Shown: positions 1 through 11,578, counted from the stretch's first letter. The stretch: 64,000 bases of DNA from Squalus acanthias (GCA_030390025.1 CM059431.1:108564001-108628000), one strand, 5' to 3'. Program-made: numbers and translations. Notes: generated by a model from the letters alone, not told the origin.

Positions 1-993
1 GCAAATGTTGGATCCAAATCCAAAGAAACGTCAGTTGTCGTTGGACCACAAACTGGCAAATGTTCTGATTACCTATCGGAATACTCCTCATACCACTACT
101 GGTAGAAAACCAGCAGAGTTGTTTCTCAAACGACAGCCACGAATCAGGTTCTTGTTGTTAAAGCCAAACTTGGCACAGTCCGTAGAATAGAAACAATCAA
201 GGCAGAAAGAGAGTCATGATAAAGGTAGAGTTAGAGAGAGAAGTGTGATGTTGAACCAGAAGATTAGAGTGAAGAACCATCACCATAAATGGTTAAAGTG
301 GTTACCAGGAAGAGTAGTGAAGATATTTGGTCAAGATGTTTGATCATGGAAAGGTTAGGTTTGTTCACATTGATAATATCTTACCTACAGATGTGAAAAA
401 AGCTGAAAGCTGAGATGATTCAGTTTATTCTGATGAGTCAAGAGTATCGGTAGCAAATCCTACATCAGATGTACCAGAAACAAGTCCAAGAGAAGTCAGA
501 ATTTAAATTTGAGTCCAAGTCAGGCAGACAAACAGTCTGAAAGTATAGAGAGTCCAAATGTAGATCAAGGTCAGCCCTTGGAGAAAAATTCTCTGCAGGC
601 TCAGCCTAGAATGAGACAAAGTCCTACAACAAGATCTGAAAGTTCTGTTCAAGAAAGAAGGTATCCTCTTCGAAACAGAAAACCAGTGGTTAAGTTTAAT
701 CTGTAAATATGGAAAATAAGTTCATATCTTGTGTTTGTGTTACAGAATTCTATAGTAAAATTTGAAAACATAAAATGGGTTCCATTTGAGAAATGTATAC
801 CAAGAGTTGTGTATACCATTCAAGTCACGTACAATGATTATTTGCTATGATTAACTTCTTCAATAAGGAGGGAGAAGTGTAATAGAGCCACCTGGTAAAC
901 TACTGATATATATAATAATAAAGCCCTGTGCAGTACAGTTCTTACTCGGAAGCTGTGCTGTTGTATATATATGCTGTGTCTCAAGATATCACA
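1..993 (+). mobile_element. 3' end of a degenerate Ty3/Gypsy LTR retrotransposon (integrase C-terminus, PPT, 3' LTR)
   Basis: LITYRNTPHTTTGRKPAELFLKRQPR (5-190), then W-x-P-G-x-V after a stop, ending RRYPLRNRKP (706); purine tract at 863-877 directly followed by TGT. Confidence 0.85.
878..993 (+). repeat. Putative short (116 bp) 3' LTR
   Basis: Starts TGTAATA immediately after the PPT, ends TATCACA (TG...CA with imperfect terminal inverted repeat), contains TATA-like sequence and AATAAA. Confidence 0.7.
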
Positions 994-2231
994 ATGCCCT
1001 CAACCAACTCTGGGCCTGGAAAGCCTGGCTGCACCATATCAGCATGGGGTGGCTGGGTTACAGACTGCGACAAGTACAACGGCGGACTGGCAGTGGTGGG
1101 AGCAGGAATGCTTTCATCCTGAGAGGACAGCACCTTTCTGCTCGACCGACACACTGCCACTCCCCCAGGACAGAACCTCAGCATCCGGAGCAATCTGCTC
1201 GAGCACAGATTGCTGGCCTGTTACGGCACCGTGAGATCCCCAGTGGACAGTGGGTGACCCAGCGACGATGGCAGCAGTCAGCGCTTGCGTGGCATCAATC
1301 TGAGACTGCATGAGAGCAGTCTGAGATTGGATGCCACCAACCACTGGCTCCATTACAGCACTAAGCCGTTACGTTGCTTAGGCCTGTGCTGCAATAGCTG
1401 CTGCCATCTCACCCATGACACTCGGCATGAGGTCTGGGTCCCTATGGTCTCTCTGCGAGTCGACCATCCTTTACAAACTGCCAAGGATGGGCTCGATGGT
1501 GTGAGCAGAGCTGAGTGCAATGTTGGAGGTGGACTCCTCCGTGCTCCATGCCAGTGCATCAATGCTCTCAGGCACCCTTGCCATTGCACCCATGAGCTAG
1601 GTGTGTATGCCCATCGCCCTGTGCAACAGAACTTGCGCGCAAACTCACTCTCCGGGGAAATGGCCCCCCGAGCTTTCCTTTCCCTGTGGCATTGCTGCAG
1701 CCCGCTTGGTCCCAGAGCTTCACCCACATCAGACCCATCTACTAGGCTCCCCTCCAGTGACCGCGTCACCCCATTATCGGACCTCTCGCCCTCGGGAGAC
1801 ACAGGCAGTGAGGCTCTGGCTTGGTCTTCCTCCTCCTCTCCCGCGTCACTGCCACTGGGAGGCTGAGGGACAGGCTGGTCAGCTGGTGGCTGAATATCTG
1901 AAAGCATAAAGGCACAAGAGTGGGGTTAAGGTCAGGGGAGGGGAGCAGGAAGGGAGCAAGGAATGGAGACAGTATACTTAGATGGAAAGTGGGAAAGGTT
2001 TGTGGTGTTAGGGGGAAGTGGTATGAGAGAAGAGGGAAAGGTGATGACCATACCGTTGTTGTCCCCAAGGGGGTCGACATCTCTGATGGCCACAGCACCC
2101 ACGTGTAGCACTTGATTTAGTGCTCCACTTCCCTCTTGGGGTGCTAAAACTCAATTTCATGGTTGCCAGCGCTAATCAGCACCGGGCGCTAAAGTTAGCG
2201 CCCCAAAATGATCGATACCGAATTTTTCCCC
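994..2231 (-). mobile_element. Internally deleted, diverged PIF/Harbinger copy (left end plus Myb-gene exon 2/3 remnants), cut off by the Gypsy element
   Basis: TIR GGGGAAAAATT on minus (2221-2231); 2104-2231 resembles 2341-2490; minus peptides LMQSQIDATQALTAAI...QQSVLEQIAPDAEVL match the 3618-4661 ORF; homologous splice donor (~2050) and acceptor (~1898). Confidence 0.85.
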
Positions 2232-2697
2232 ATATAAATCTCATTTTTATTTCCCCCAATTTGACATTTGGATTAAGATTCTGCCATTTATGGAAAATTT
2301 CAAAAATATTTCATGGAAATATTTGTGAATGTAACCCATTGGGGTAGAAATTAGGTCGCGCCCCATTTGGGGCGCAAATATCGTCCGCTCGCAAATATTA
2401 GCGCCTGGCGCTAATTATCGGCACTGACAGGAAACTTCACTTTTACCGCCCCGGGAGGTGAGTGGAGCGCTAAATTAGGCGCTGCACACCTCTCTTAAGG
2501 CGCAAAGGCCTAGGAGTGAGGCGCTAACTCAGCGCACGAGCGCAGCGCAGCTGCTGCCAGTTAGCGCGGGAACACAGACACACTGGCGCCGGACACTTCT
2601 TAAAGCGGGGGGGGCCACTTGCTCCCCAGCCACACCCTGCTCATTGCAGCCTTGAATCTCAGCCTGGAGAGACCTGTAATCCATTTTGCTGCCAAGA

Positions 2698-4661
2698 ATG
2701 GAGAGGGTGAGAGAACGCGCTCATCGCTTCACCGAGCGGGCCTTGGATGCTCTGGTTGACGCAGTGGAGCGCAGACGATGCATGCTGTTCCCAGAGAGTG
2801 GCAGGAGGCCTTTGCCACGCGAGTTCAGAAGAGTGTGGAGGGAGGTGGCTCAGAGCGTCTCCTCCAGGAGCATGGTGCCCAGGACCCATGTCCAGTGCCG
2901 CAAAAAGTTCAATGACCTCACTCGGGTCGTCAGGGTGAGTGGCTTTTTCTCAATACCTCTCCATCCCTCCATCTCAACCTCACTCTATGGCCAGAGGGTC
3001 TTAAAACCCCAATGCACAACACTCATCCAACACCTATGGCCCTTTCATCAAACACACACACACATTCCACACTTTGCATACAGTAAGGGCTATTCACCTA
3101 TGGGAGGCACATCAGGCAAGACCATGGCTGCATATTGTAAGGGCTATTCACCTATGGGAGGCACATCAAGCAAGACCATGGCTGCATATTGTAAGGGCTA
3201 TTCACCTATGGGAGGCACATCAGGCAAGACCATGGCTGTATATTGACTCAGATGCTGTCATTTTTCTTGCAGGCTAAGCTGGCTCATAATCGGAGACAGC
3301 AGCAATGGACGGGTGGAGGGCGGCTTCAGCTGCAACCCCTCAGCGATCTGGAGGAGCGCGTCCACAGGATTGTGGCAAGCCGGGTGATCGGTCCCGTCGC
3401 CACTGGAGACGCCGACCCCGTTGTGGACAGCAATGGTAAGGTCATCACCTTTTTGTCCTCTGTCCTTCCACTTGTCCCTCACAATACCAGCCTTTGACAC
3501 TTTCAATCCAACTTGCTAACTCGCTGCACTTATTCCTCCCTTACTGCCACCCTGTCCTCACGCTAAAGCCACTCTTGTACCTCCCTGCTTTCAGATGGTG
3601 ATTCACCAGCTGAGGAGATGGTCCCTGAAGCTGCCACTGGGAGTGATGCTGCAGCTGAGGAGGAAGAGGAAGCCGGAGCATCAGTGCCACCCTCTCCCGA
3701 GGAAGCCCATGGCCACACTGGGAACACGCCTTCCCCGGAGGGGAGCAGGGGGGAAGGGGCTGATGATGGTGAAGTTCCAGGACCCAGCGGGCTGCAGCAA
3801 TGCCATGGGGGGGGGAGGGAAGAACGGGGGAGCAGGGGGGAAGGGGCTGATGATGGTGAAGTTCCAGGACCCAGCGGGCTGCAGCAACGCCATGGGGGGG
3901 GGAGGGAAGAACGGGAGCCTTCTCCCCAGAGGGAGAGTATGCCAGACACTCCTAATGCAATGGACGCAGAGGAGGAGCGGCTGATTGCAGAAATGAACAG
4001 CCAGGCGGTGGTCATGCACACTGAGCTCATGGGTGCAGTGGGAAGGGTGCCCGAATGCATTGAGGCACTGGCAAGGAGTGTGGAGCACTTCGCTGTAGCA
4101 CAGGCGGATGCCACACTGAAGCTTACTGCTGCAATTCAGTCACTGGCTGCCAGGAACCCATCTGAGCCTGCTCTCATGCAGACTCAGATTGAGGCCACGC
4201 GAGCACTGACTGCTGCCATCCTCGATGGTTCGTGCACATGTCCCCGGGGCTGTCACCGCGCCGCAGCAGGCCAGCAATCTGTTCTCAGGCAAATTGCTCC
4301 GGATGCTGAAGTGCTGCCCCGTGGGAGTGCCAGTGTGTCGGGCGAGCAGGGAGTTGCTGTCCTCTCTCACGATGACAGCATTCCTGCTGCCAACACTGTC
4401 ACTTCTCCACTGCACTTGCCACCGCCTGTAGGACAGACTGCTGCCGCCCATGCAGAGTTGGTGCAGTCTGCAGCCGGGCCCTCCAGGCCCAGAAGTGGTC
4501 GAGGCCGTCCTTCAGGGGCATCTGCAGTGTCAGGGTCTGACAAGCAGCAGCCTTCCACCAGCCTTGCTGCAGCCACTGAGGTCCCATTACGGAGGAGCAG
4601 TAGGGTTAGAAGGGGGGAAGTGCGCAAGGGAAGGAGATCACCCTCGAAGGGCAAAAAGTAG
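2698..4661 (+). CDS. Harbinger Myb/SANT-like DNA-binding protein; 3 exons (2698-2934, 3273-3435, 3595-4661), ~488 aa
   Basis: RFTERALDALVDAV...WREVAQSV...RTHVQCRKKFNDL|AKLAHNRRQQQWTGGG; GT-AG introns of phase 0 and 1 join three ORF-track segments in frame without stops; basic C-terminus. Confidence 0.85.
3076..3245 (+). repeat. 54-bp minisatellite, about 3 copies, in Myb-gene intron 1
   Basis: GTAAGGGCTATTCACCTATGGGAGGCACATCA recurs at 3083, 3137 and 3191. Confidence 0.95.
3741..3914 (+). repeat. In-frame 87-bp (29 aa) tandem duplication in Myb-gene exon 3
   Basis: GSRGEGADDGEVPGPSGLQQ[C/R]HGGGREER twice. Confidence 0.95.
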
Positions 4662-4955
4662 GAGGTGTGCCAAAATGCTGGTCATTTTTTTATTAAAGGC
4701 CGAGGTTCATGGCCCAACTTTTGTTTAGTGTTTTGGACATTATCTCCAGGTTGTGAGAACCAGTTATGTTATTGACTGTTTTTTTGTGTTTATTTCTATG
4801 AGTTTGTCATGAGGAATTGACACACACAGAGTTTGTACAATAAATAAGTTTCTGTATTCAAAATATACATGGCTGGTGGTTGGAATTATTGGTGCCTTGG
4901 CCGGCTTAGGGGTTGCGTGCTGGGTTGATTCGTGTTTGTAGCACTGGCAGGGGTC

Positions 4956-6116
4956 CTAGAAGCGGCTTGCTATTAGTCGTTGTCGGACGGCCCTTGCAGT
5001 TTGACCATTGTGGGCCGCCCTCCTGCCTTGGTGCTGCTGCTGATCATCGTCCTCGGCCTGTTCCTCCTCTTCCTCCTCCTCCTCTTGTGGTGCTGCAAGG
5101 CCTGGTGGCATTGGCTGCGTCCTGAGGATTGCCATGTTGTGCAACATGCAGCACACCACTACGAATTTGGAAACTTGCTCAGGCGAGTACTGCAGGGCTC
5201 CTCCGGAATGGTCCAGACAGCGGAATCGTTGTTTGAGCACGCCGATTGTGCGCTCAATAATGTTCCTCGTTGCTTGTTGGCTTTCCTGGTACCGCAGCTC
5301 AGCAGGGGTGTTTGGCGCACGGAGCGGTGTCATCAGCCAGGTGCTCAATGCGTACCCCTTGTCCCCCAGAAGCCAACCGACTGGCTGATGCGGTGCCTCG
5401 AAAATTTCTGCCACAGTACTCTGGCGCAGGATGAAAGCATCGTGGCAGCTGCCCGGATAGTGGGCATTGACAGCGAGAATCACCTGTCTGTGGTCACAGA
5501 CCAACTGCACATTCAAGGAATGGAACCCCTTTCTGTTCCGGAACTCCTCTGCATTCTCTCGCGGAGCACGCAAAGCCACATGCGTGCAGTCAATGGCGCC
5601 CTGCACCATGGGGAAGCCCGCTACCCTCGCAAAGCCCATAGCACGGTCATGCTGCTTGTCTGGGGTCATAGGGAAGGAGATGAAGTCTCGTCTCCTTGTG
5701 AAGAGGGCATTGGTGACCTGCCGGATGCAGCGATGCACCGCAAACTGGGAGATATTGGCGAGGTCCCCAACAGCAGCTTGGAATGAGCCAGTGGCGTAGA
5801 AGTTCAAGGCCACTGTGACCTTCACTGCCACCGACAGAGACGTCCTGGACCTCAGCTGAGGCTGCAGATCTGGCTGCAGCAGGTGGCAGAGCTCAGTGAC
5901 CACCTCCTTGCTGAATCGCAGCCTTCGCAAACACAGCTCCTCGGACATGTGGATGTAGGAGAGCTGTTCACGATATACCCTGGGAGGGTAAGCTCTCCTG
6001 TACATGCGCCTGATGGGCCTCCTCCGTCTGGCCATCATTGCCACTCTCTGTCTGCGTCTCACTCTGCTCCGATTGAGCTGGAGCAGGACGACGCCCCCAA
6101 TCATTGCAGCCCCCAT
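4956..6116 (-). CDS. Harbinger DDE transposase (HARBI1-like, DDE_Tnp_4 type), 386 aa, intact
   Basis: GAIDCTHV, NRKGFHSLNVQLVCD, PGSCHDAFIL, LLGDKGY, RNIIERTIGVLKQRFRCL, CCMLHN; all three catalytic acidic residues present. Confidence 0.95.
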   Translation of the reverse strand: MGAAMIGGVVLLQLNRSRVRRRQRVAMMARRRRPIRRMYRRAYPPRVYREQLSYIHMSEELCLRRLRFSKEVVTELCHLLQPDLQPQLRSRTSLSVAVKVTVALNFYATGSFQAAVGDLANISQFAVHRCIRQVTNALFTRRRDFISFPMTPDKQHDRAMGFARVAGFPMVQGAIDCTHVALRAPRENAEEFRNRKGFHSLNVQLVCDHRQVILAVNAHYPGSCHDAFILRQSTVAEIFEAPHQPVGWLLGDKGYALSTWLMTPLRAPNTPAELRYQESQQATRNIIERTIGVLKQRFRCLDHSGGALQYSPEQVSKFVVVCCMLHNMAILRTQPMPPGLAAPQEEEEEEEEQAEDDDQQQHQGRRAAHNGQTARAVRQRLIASRF

Positions 6117-6220
6117 CTTCTCTTTGCCAGAAAAGTAATGAGGTACAGCAACGAAAGTAGCAGCAAAGTTAGGATGAACTAGGCAAAACTAGCTCACAAA
6201 GCGTTGAGTCAATGTAGAAG

Positions 6221-6260
6221 TCTCTCTCTCTCTCTCTCTCCGAATCTCTCTCTCTCTCTC
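6221..6260. repeat. (CT)n microsatellite upstream of the transposase
   Basis: Two CT runs separated by CCGAA. Confidence 0.9.
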
Positions 6261-6313
6261 AGAACGAGTGGTGCATAAATGTCGACCACAGAAAAAGACA
6301 GGAAGAGGCCCCC

Positions 6314-6459
6314 TTTAAATAGCGCCCCCCCCCAGCCCCAGACCGATTGATAACGTTCCAGTCTTCCGGTCGTTGGAAGCGCCAGGCGGTAAGGCAGGGG
6401 GCGCCACTCAATTTCCGCTCCGGGGCGCCCCAAGGGCGTTGCACCACGGACTGACGTCA
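6314..6459 (-). promoter_or_regulatory. Putative transposase promoter (TATA-like box and CRE palindrome)
   Basis: TATTTAAA on minus (6314-6321) and TGACGTCA (6452-6459); both kept in the derivative at 34114-34121 and 33977-33984. Confidence 0.5.
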
Positions 6460-7499
6460 CAATCTGCGCGCGCAGGTGGTCGCAGCGGTAAGTTTTAGCG
6501 CCGCCGCACAATCTCAAGTTAAGTTCTCGAGCAGCGCAAACAGCGCTGCGCCCGGGCGTTAGCGCCTTAACGCCCCATTAGCGCCCATTTAAGGCGCTAA
6601 CGGGAGGCGCAACCAACTGAATTTTTACCCCATTGTTTCAATTATTCTGCCCAATCTCTTGTTAATATTTTGCTAAATGATTTTACCAGGCGTGACTTCT
6701 GTTTATTACCTGATTATCTGACCACAGTTACTCTAAGTTCGTACCATTAGCCTATATATTTTTCAAGGATTTAGAACTCTACAATTAGGAGACGTTTTTA
6801 GGACATTTATACATGTAGGATATGTTGAGATTTCCTTTACACAATACCTCATAATGATCTGGAAAAGAATTGGTAAAAGTTACCCAAATGATGCAGCCTA
6901 ACACGTATAGTTTTCCAACATGGATCGGTTGGGTTCCGTCATTGCTAGCGGAAGGCTGTGTCTCACTGTTTAACAAGATTTTGAGCTTCTTTGTTTGTCC
7001 AAATTATTTCAAAACAATCTGGAGAATCCATTTTCAGAGTAAAAGAAAAATTCAGCTAAGTTTCACATTTCAACTATCATTTTACCAACTGTTTAAATTT
7101 ATTTCAGATACCTCCCATCATACAAAGGTAGACTAACAAATGGGTAGTTAACAATACCTATGCTTTTCTTTATTCATACTTAGAAATCTAAACTGGTGAT
7201 TGTTTATAGAAAATGTAATTATTTTACTATGTTGAAGTTGTCTTTGCTCAGATTATAACGGTCGTATAGTTCAAGAATCATAGAATGATACAGCACCGAA
7301 GGAGGCTAGTCAGCCCATCATATCTGTGTCGGCTCATTGAAACAGCTATCCAATTAGCCCCAATTAGAAGAAATTTGATATATTGGATCGGGCTTCGCTG
7401 ATTATTTTTTTCCTGAAAATGTCTTGGTTCCCCATGTTTGGCTACTGTCCATGCCAATCACACCAAACCCTTGGCTCCAATGTAGTGAAGATTATTTGA

Positions 7500-7770
7500 G
7501 TTAAAGACGTATTAACAGCTCCAATGGCTGAAGGGTCGACAACGAGAGGGCACAGATTTAAGGTGATTGGCAAAAGAACCAGAGGCGACATGAGGGAAAA
7601 CTTTTTTTATACAACAAGTGGTTAGGATTTGGAATGCACTGCCTGATGTGGCAGTTGAAACAGATTCAATATTAGCCTTCAAAAGGGAGGTAGTTGAATG
7701 GCTGCACGGTTCCGAGGGACTGCCTAAGAGAGAGAGTTGAATACTTGAAGGAGAAAAAATTGTAGGAAAA
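7500..7770 (+). mobile_element. Old CR1 3' fragment, continued at ~13581-13700 beyond the nested insertions
   Basis: TRGHRFKV...FF...WNALP-type remnant; 3' UTR and (ATTCTATG)-like tail resume at 13581. Confidence 0.7.
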
Positions 7771-8953
7771 GAGTGAGGTGTCCATTATTCTATGTATCTT
7801 GAGGGCAGGAAAACATAGAAACATAGAACAGTACAGCACAGTACAGGCCCTTCGGCCCTCGATGTTGTGCCGAGCATTGTCCGAGACCAAGATCAAGCTA
7901 TCACACTCCCTATCACTCTGGTGTGCTCCATGTGCTTATCCAATAACCGCTTGAAAGTTCCTAAAGTGTCCGACTCCACTATCACAGCAGGCAGTCCATT
8001 CCACACCCCAACCACTCTGAGTAAAGAATCTACCTCGGACATCCCTTCTATATCTCCCCCCATGCACCTTATAGTTATGCCCCCTTGTAACAGCTGCCTC
8101 TACCCGAGGAAATAGTCTCTGAACATCCACTCTATCTATCCCCCTCATCATCTTATAAACCTCTATTAAGTCGCCTCTCATCCTCCTCTAAAGAGAAAAG
8201 CCCCAACTCCCTCAATCTTTCCTCATAAGACCTCCCCCCCAAACCAGGCAGCATCCTGGTAAATCTCCTTTGCACTCTTTCCAATGCTTCCACGTCCTTC
8301 CTATAGTGAGGTGACCAGAACTGCACACAATATTCCAAATGTGGTCTCACCAAGGTCCTGTACAGTTGCAGCATAACCTCACGGTTCTTAAACTCAAACC
8401 CTCTGTTAATAAACGCCAACACACCATAGGCCTTCTTTACTGCTCTATCCACTTGAGTGGCAACCTTCAGAGATCTGTGGATATGAACCCCCAGATCCCT
8501 CTGCTCCTCCACGTTCCTCAGAACCCTGCCGTTGACCCTGTAATCCTTATTCAAATTTGCCCTACCAAAATGAATCACCTCGCACTTATCAGGGTTAAAT
8601 TCCATCTGCCATTTTTCGGCCCAGCTCTGCATCCTATCAATGTCTCTTTGCAGCCGACAACAGCCCTCCACCTCATCCACTGCTCCACCAATCTTGGTGT
8701 CATCAGCAAATTTACTGATCCACCCTTCAGTCCCCTCCTCCAAGTCATTGATAAAAATCACAAACAGCAGAGGACCCAGCACCGACCCTTGTGGCACACC
8801 GCTGGTAACTGGTCTCCAGTCCGAAAATGTTCCATCCACCACCACCCTCTGCCTTCTATGAGATATGATGTGGAGATGCCGGCGTTGGACTGGGGTGGAC
8901 AAAAATGAGAAGTCGCACAACAGCAGGTTATAGTCCAACAGATTTATTTAATT

Positions 8954-8992
8954 TTACAAGCTTTCGGAGCAGTTCGCTCCTTCGTCAGGTAA
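8954..8992 (-). ncRNA. Minimal type I hammerhead ribozyme in the inverted Penelope pLTR
   Basis: Reverse complement of the motif at 11540-11578. Confidence 0.75.
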
Positions 8993-9170
8993 GTTTAGCA
9001 GTGAGAGAATCTCCCAGAATTCACAATTTAAACACAGACAAAATATATTCAAATCTTTCCCGACATCAAAGAGCACAGCCAAGACAATGAGATGTGTCCC
9101 AGGGGGTCCAACGTGTCAAACCACCTGCTGGCTGCATATCCTGTCAATCTGTGTAGGTTCTTGTGTTAGT

Positions 9171-11318
9171 TGCCCCACCACCAAAATGGACCCCATCGGT
9201 CTCGCGGCGGACACAGAGGAATTCATCAGGAGAATGAGGATCCGGGAATACTACCACAAATCCCAAGATGTCAGCAACATTCCTAATGGGACAATCAATG
9301 ATCCGGAACAGCAGGCAGTGCTACAACCGAGGAAGAAAGAGTAAAATTGGACCCCTCCGGAGGGTCGCAACCCTAAGCTTGACATGTATGCTCAAGCTGT
9401 CAGGAAATGCATCAACGCCAGATTCATCAGCCGTACTCACAAGACAGTCCAGAATGTCACCCGAGCACAACGCAACGCCATCCACGCACTCAAGACCAAC
9501 CACAACATCGTCATCAAACCAGCGGACAAAGGAGGAGCCATCGTCATACAGAACAGAATGGACTATTGCAAAGAAGCATACCGACAACTGGACAACCAGG
9601 AACACTACAGACAGCTACCCGCAGATCCGACCAAAGAACACACCCGCCAACTCAATAGACTGATCAAGACCTTCGATCCAGACCTTCAAAACATCCTACG
9701 CGCTCTCATCCCACGTACTCCCCGCGTAGGAGACTTTTACTGCCTCCCAAAGATACACAAAGCCAACACACCCGGACGTCCTATCGTATCAGGCAACGGA
9801 ACCCTGTGTGAGAACCTCTCTGGGTACGTCGAGGGCATCCTGAAACCCATCGTACAGGGAACCCCCAGCTTCTGTCGCGACACTACAGACTTCTTGCAGA
9901 AACTCAGCACCCATGGACCAGTTGAACCAGGAACACTCCTCGTCTCAATGGACGTATCGGCACTCTACACCAATATCCCCCACAATGACGGCATCGCTGC
10001 GACAGCCTCAGTACTCAACACCAACAACAGCCAATCTCCGGACGCCATCCTACAACTCATCCGCTTCATCCTTGACCACAATGTCTTCACCTTCGACAAC
10101 CATTTTTTTACCCAAACACACGGAACAGCCATGGGGACCAAATTCGCACCCCAATATGCCAACATCTTCATGCACAAGTTCGAGCAAGACTTCTTCGCTG
10201 CACAGGACCTCCAACCAACGCTGTACACCAGATACATCGACGACATCTTCTTCCTTTGGACCCACGGCGAAGGATCACTGAAAGGACTACACGATAGCAT
10301 CAACAGGTTCCATCCCACCATCAAACTCACCATGGACTACTCCTCAGAATCGGTTTCATTCTTGGACACACGAATCTCCATCAAAGACGGACGCCTCAGC
10401 ACTTCACTCTACCGCAAGCCCACGGACAACCTCACGATGCTCCACTTCTCCAGCTTCCACCCTAACCACGTTAAAGAAGCCATCCCCTATGGACAAGCCC
10501 TGCGAATACACAGGATCTGCTCAGACGAGGAGGAACGCGATGGACACCTATGGACACTGAAAGACGCCCTCGTAAGAACGGGATATGACGCTCGACTCGT
10601 CGATCGACAGTTCCGACGGGCCACAGCGAAAAACCGCATAGACCTCCTCAGAAGACGAACACGGGACACAACCAACAGAGTACCCTACGTCGTCCAGTAC
10701 TTCCCCGGAGCGGAAAAACTACGCCATGTTCTTCGCAGCCTTCAACATGTCATCGATGACGACGAACACCTTGCTAAGGCCATCCCCACGCCTCCACTAC
10801 TCGCCTTCAAGCAGCCGCCTAACCTCAAAAGTACCATCGTTCGCAGCAGATTACCCATCTTTCAGGCGAACAGCAACCAAGACACCACACAACCCTGCCA
10901 CGGCAACCTCTGCAAGACATGACAAATCATGGACACAGATACAATCATCACACGTGAGGACACTACCCACCAGGTACACGGTACATACTCATGTGACTCG
11001 GCCAACGTTGTCTACCTGATACGTTGCAGTAAAGGATGCTCCAGAGCATGGTACATCGGCGAGACCATGCAGACACTGAGACAACGTATGAACGGACACC
11101 GCACAACAATCGCCAGGCAGGAGGGTTGCCTCCCAGTCGGGGAACACTTCAGCAGCCAGGGGCATTCAGCCTCGGATATGCGGGTAAGCGTTCTCCAAGG
11201 CGGCCTTCGAGATACACGACAGCGCAAAATCATAGAGCAGAAACTGATAGCCAAGTTCCGCTCTCATGAGGATGGCCTCAATCGCGATATCGGGTTCATG
11301 TCACGATACAGAACGTGA
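9171..11318 (+). pseudogene. Penelope RT + GIY-YIG endonuclease ORF with two in-frame stops (9342, 10920)
   Basis: IKPADKG, LPKIHK, GRPIVS, DVSALYT, GTAMG, RYIDD, Cys-rich linker PCHGNLCKT*, VVYLIRC...WYIGET; three ORF-track pieces share one frame. Confidence 0.9.
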
Positions 11319-11539
11319 CTTGACATCATGGCCGGTCTTCCCAGGTGTTTTTTTTTAAAAGACTAACACAAGAACCTACACAGATTGACAGGATATGCAG
11401 CCAGCAGGTGGTTTGACACGTTGGACCCCCTGGGACACATCTCATTGTCTTGGCTATGCTCTTTGATGTAGGGAAAGATTTGAATATATTTTGTCTGTGT
11501 TTAAATTGTGAATTCTGGGAGATTCTCTCACTGCTAAAC

Positions 11540-11578
11540 TTACCTGACGAAGGAGCGAACTGCTCCGAAAGCTTGTAA
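11540..11578 (+). ncRNA. Minimal type I hammerhead ribozyme in the Penelope pLTR
   Basis: UUAC-CUGACGA-A-GGAGC(GAACU)GCUCC-GAAA-GCUU-GUAA: core boxes, stems I and II, palindromic AAGCUU in place of stem III. Confidence 0.8.

Larger units (their letters stand above)
2341..6631. mobile_element. Full-length autonomous PIF/Harbinger DNA transposon (4291 bp)
   Basis: TIRs GGGGTAGAAATT (2341-2352) and AATTTTTACCCC (6620-6631), 11/12 match; 3-bp TSD ATT (2338-2340, 6632-6634); convergent Myb-like and transposase genes. Confidence 0.95.

Noticed and set aside
3076..3245. Regularly spaced repeats resembling a CRISPR array
   Set aside because: Head-to-tail 54-bp units with no unique spacers, inside a eukaryotic transposon intron.
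4956..6116. Domesticated host HARBI1 gene
   Set aside because: It lies between TIRs with a TSD, has a Myb partner gene and has non-autonomous relatives in the window, so it is a transposon gene.
6785..6858. Possible terminal exon on minus (TTCTTTTCCAG|..HYEVLCKGNLNISYMYKCPKNVS*)
   Set aside because: Acceptor-like site only; peptide unrecognised and no upstream exon found.
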